21,923 nucleotides of DNA from Candidatus Sigynarchaeum calidifontis (GTDB lineage: Archaea; Asgardarchaeota; Lokiarchaeia; Sigyniarchaeales; Sigyniarchaeaceae), in contig JAUQYZ020000212.1 in assembly GCA_030587475.2 (NCBI GenBank), positions 1-21,923 of the forward strand. The letters are read 5' to 3'. The translations under genes were made by a program, and so were the position numbers. Below the pieces are notes generated by a model, which did not search any database, was not told the DNA's origin, and saw nothing but the letters and a program-made list of their open reading frames with translations. This document shows, piece by piece, positions 18,750-21,923 of this stretch. Every line of letters begins with the position of its first letter. Within the stretch, counting starts at the first letter, position 1.

Positions 18750-19400
18750 ATGGCAATAATGGAAGAATTAGCACGGGCTATTTATGCCCCTGGCCAGATA
18801 GGAAAGGATTTCGGGACGACAAGAGCGTGCATCTCGCCATCTGATTTCGCGGCTCGTGTTTTCGTTCTTATTGCGCTACCTGCACTTGGTTTCGGCTGGG
18901 TGCTGCTCTACGCTCTCACGGGCCCAACTTCGTTTGGCTTGACCCTACAATACGGCGTAACCGTGAATTTTGATTTCATCACCATGCCGCCGTTTCTGCT
19001 TGTACCCTTGCTCGCGGGTTTCGTGGCCGGCGCGTTCAGGTTCTTCCCCACTGCATTGTTTTTCGCCTTCAACGCCGCGATACCCGCGAACCGGCGTGAT
19101 GTGAAAAAGGGTTTCTTTGGCAATTTCATTGCCGCCGCTTCGCCATCGTTCGGGATCCACCTCGCGTTCCTCGCGGTATCGTTCTGGCTCATGACGAGCC
19201 AGGCCACGTTTTTCTGGGGCATGCGCACCACGGAGGATACGATCTTTACCATTACGCTCCTTGTTTCGCTCGTGCTCCAGATTGCATCGCTGTTCGTCAC
19301 GTCGAAAAATTACTTCGCGCGCGGGCTCGGCGGCTCGGTCGCGGCATTGCTCGTGATCATCGTCGCCATCACAGCCGTGCTCCTTGTTTTGCTATCATGA
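18750..19400 (+). CDS. Membrane protein with ~5 TM helices (Yip1-like topology possible)
   Basis: 216 aa with five hydrophobic segments after a short N-terminal region (LARAIYAP). The family assignment is tentative. Confidence 0.7.
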   Translation: MAIMEELARAIYAPGQIGKDFGTTRACISPSDFAARVFVLIALPALGFGWVLLYALTGPTSFGLTLQYGVTVNFDFITMPPFLLVPLLAGFVAGAFRFFPTALFFAFNAAIPANRRDVKKGFFGNFIAAASPSFGIHLAFLAVSFWLMTSQATFFWGMRTTEDTIFTITLLVSLVLQIASLFVTSKNYFARGLGGSVAALLVIIVAITAVLLVLLS

Positions 19401-19416
19401 AGGTCGGGTGAAAGAA

Positions 19417-20370
19417 ATGGAAAAACGAGAATCGAGATTCAAGGTCTCACGAAACGCGGTAGCAAGAGCTATTGGATCGATTCTGCTCATGACTTTCGTG
19501 GCGAGTTTCATCGGCAGCACGGCGATGCTTTTCAACGATCCAAGGCTCTACTTTTACACGCCCCCGTACCAGGCGTACACGCCGCGCGACGCGAAGATGG
19601 GCACTTATGTCTATGATCATGAAGGAATCGCCTCGCATCCAAAATATTTCGACGACATAGCACTCATGGTCGATCGTGTGCTCGTCGACTTGTACTGGAC
19701 TGTGCTGGTAAAGAACGCGAGCTATCCCAATTGCTTCGACCTCGCAAAGTTCGCGTTTTACGATCATTTCTTCTAAAACTTGACTAGCCGTGGCCTCGAC
19801 GTTGTGGTCCAGTTTTCCCCGACGCGAACCGTGCCATCATGGCTCAACATCACCTCCATCGAGTACGACGACGGCCGGGCACGAACTCCGCCCCAGGATC
19901 CTGCAGAACGTGCACGCTTCATCCAGCACTGCATGTTCTACGTGAATTTCACCGTGGACTACTTCAACGCGAAGCCTTACGCAGCCAGGATAGAATATTG
20001 CCTCGATGACGAGCCACACTCGGCGGACTGGGCCGATGTCTTCATGACGATGCACGCGAGCATCAAGACCAAGCTGCCTGCTGCAATCGTGAGCCTCGTC
20101 TTGCACAAGCCAGAGCTGTACCCCGTGTTCAAGAATAGCTTCGACATGATCACGATTGACCCATACAATGACGGTTATGAAATGGTGCAGAAGATACAAA
20201 AAGCACACGCTGACGTGAACAACGCCAAGCCAGTGCGCGTGATCGTGTCTGGCATGCACGATGATGAGTTTGACTACCAGCGGATCTACCGGCAGCTCGT
20301 CATTTCGTGGTTCACTTGGACAATTCCTTACCGAACCAGGCGAATGCTTCGGCAACGCCCTCGCCCGTGA
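19417..20370 (+). pseudogene. Disrupted membrane-anchored glycoside-hydrolase-like (TIM-barrel) gene
   Basis: A GGTGA RBS precedes the ATG at 19417, followed by an N-terminal anchor helix. ORFs 19384-19776 and 19780-20370 share one frame separated by a single TAA (19774-19776). A YCLDDEPH motif is present. The 3' end runs 59 bp into the convergent GTPase gene. Confidence 0.65.
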
Positions 20371-21244
20371 TCGCGCTTGTCTCGAAATATTTCATGGGCC
20401 GGCCATCAAGGGCATCCAGGTCCAATGCTTTCACGAGCTCCTTGGTTTTTGGTTTTTTCAAGTCCACCTTGTTGAAGAGCAACAGCAAGGGGAGGGAACG
20501 GGTTTCGGGGCGCTTGGCAACGTCGTGCAACACATCCTTCGCTTCGGCAAACCGGTCCTTGTCCGCCACGTCAACGACAAACACGAGGCCATCCGATCCT
20601 GTTATGTTAGGTGCCCACATCTCCCGATATTTGAGCTGGCCCGGGGCATCGTAAATCATGGCGGATACATTCGTGCCAGGAAGCCATGATTTCGAGATGT
20701 CCATGAATATCGTGGGCTGGTACTGCTTTTCCCTTCTGTTCTGCATCGCATTGAGGAGGGTCGTCTTCCCGGCTTTTGTTAAACCGTACACGAAAATCTT
20801 TTTCGATAGCGGCTTGTACATGTTCACCTCGGCGGGGAGCGAGTGGTGGAGGGCGTCGAAAAGCTCCTTGATCTCGTCGAGTTTCCTTGGATCGCCTGGA
20901 TACTTGGCCGAACCAACGTAGAATGCCTTGTATGCGTCTTTAATCTGGACGAGGCGCTCGGCAAACTGCGAAAGATAACCTTTGGCCATGCCCGGGTTGA
21001 GTTCCCCGTCACGCACGAGATACGTGAGCATCAAGATCTCGCAATTGCCCCGGGCATAGCTTGAAGGCAGTTGGAAGCTCAAGTTGGCGCTCTTGTCCTT
21101 GTTAAACTCGTGATAGAAAAAACCCTCCTTGTACAAGTCCATCAAGGGCGGGATGTGCTTGAACTCGTCAACGTCGATACCGGAATGCAAGAAAATCTTC
21201 GGCCCGAAAATGGGATCGAAATGTACAAGCATTAATGCGCGCAT
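20312..21244 (-). CDS. Arf-like small GTPase fused to an N-terminal longin/uDENN-like domain
   Basis: G1 GLTKAGKT, G2 PTI, G3 DAPGQ, GLVFVVD, G4 NKVD, G5 ETSA and terminal G+.EAF.W, all Arf/Sar-like. The N-terminal ~145 aa begin hhhhHFDPIFGPKI. Start is the ATG at 21244 or 21283. Confidence 0.9.
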   Translation of the reverse strand: MRALMLVHFDPIFGPKIFLHSGIDVDEFKHIPPLMDLYKEGFFYHEFNKDKSANLSFQLPSSYARGNCEILMLTYLVRDGELNPGMAKGYLSQFAERLVQIKDAYKAFYVGSAKYPGDPRKLDEIKELFDALHHSLPAEVNMYKPLSKKIFVYGLTKAGKTTLLNAMQNRREKQYQPTIFMDISKSWLPGTNVSAMIYDAPGQLKYREMWAPNITGSDGLVFVVDVADKDRFAEAKDVLHDVAKRPETRSLPLLLLFNKVDLKKPKTKELVKALDLDALDGRPMKYFETSAITGEGVAEAFAWFGKELSK

Positions 21245-21348
21245 CGTTTCCCGCCTATCGATCCGGGAGCGTGATATATACATGGTGGATCAGCTCGAAG
21301 TCAAATAACCTTGCTTAAAGCGAGAGAAAACTTATTCGATCACGGCAT

Positions 21349-21923
21349 ATGACCTGGTTAGAAGTGGCCCCTGGCATTTTCTCCATACGTGAGAAGAGCT
21401 ATCGCTTCGGCCAGCCCGCGACGAACATTTACTACGTCCCTGACGGCAACGGCGGAGGGTTGTTGTACGATGCAGGGTATGCCATGCGCCGGTCGTTCAA
21501 TGACTTCATGTCTGGCTTCCGGAGCCTCGTCGCACATTTGAAGCAGTCTGGCCAGATTCCCGCGTCCGCGCCATTCAGCGGGCTCGTGACCATGATCGTG
21601 CTCTCCCACGAGCACCACGACCATGCATCGGGCGCGCCTCTCCTCAAGCAATACTTTCCCCGCGCGAGGATATTCGCGTCTAAAGCAACTGCAGCCTTGT
21701 TAAAATCCCAGCGCGCGGTTACCAAGACTTTTAACGAGTTGTTGGAAAACATGCTCATGGAATTGTTTTATCGCCTCGTCCGCGCAAAACAACCGATACA
21801 TGTCGACCATTTCGTGCATGGAAACGAAATCATCGAGTGTGGCGACCGCACGTTCACGGCGCTTCTTGCACCGGGACATTCTCCAGGCCAGGTAATTCTA
21901 TACGAGCAAAAAACCGGCATCTT
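21349..21923 (+). CDS. MBL-fold metallo-hydrolase, 5' part (runs off the window end)
   Basis: Manual translation from the ATG at 21349: MTWLEVAPGIFSI...NIYYV...LLYDAG...IVLSHEHHDHASG (HxHxDH)...APGHSPG. The frame stays open to the end of the window. Confidence 0.9.
   Translation, partial: MTWLEVAPGIFSIREKSYRFGQPATNIYYVPDGNGGGLLYDAGYAMRRSFNDFMSGFRSLVAHLKQSGQIPASAPFSGLVTMIVLSHEHHDHASGAPLLKQYFPRARIFASKATAALLKSQRAVTKTFNELLENMLMELFYRLVRAKQPIHVDHFVHGNEIIECGDRTFTALLAPGHSPGQVILYEQKTGI

Noticed and set aside
19774-19776. Selenocysteine/pyrrolysine readthrough at the internal stop
   Set aside because: The codon is TAA, not TGA or TAG, and TAA ends other genes here (e.g. serS, the GH9).

Overview
This is an archaeal genomic window, most likely from an Asgard archaeon (Lokiarchaeia/Sigynarchaeales-like). 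That placement is inferred from CarS, CofC, GGTGA ribosome-binding sites and an Arf-like GTPase fused to a longin-type domain. Housekeeping and metabolic genes are carS, cofC, serS, bcp, a 2-oxoacid:ferredoxin oxidoreductase alpha/beta pair, iscU and a partial MBL-fold hydrolase. The window also has an AT-richer orphan C5 DNA methyltransferase and several carbohydrate-active genes: a GH39, a GH9 fused to a ~12-helix membrane domain, a GH109-like Gfo/Idh/MocA protein, and a broken membrane-anchored GH-like gene. Two observations stand out. First, an Arf-like small GTPase is fused to an N-terminal longin/uDENN-type domain whose 'YARG' arginine resembles the arginine finger of the eukaryotic GAPs FLCN, SMCR8 and NPRL2, suggesting a built-in GAP. 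Second, the polytopic-membrane GH9 has an unusual architecture. No rRNA, tRNA, CRISPR array or transposase was recognised. All family calls come from motif recognition by eye; no database searches were run.
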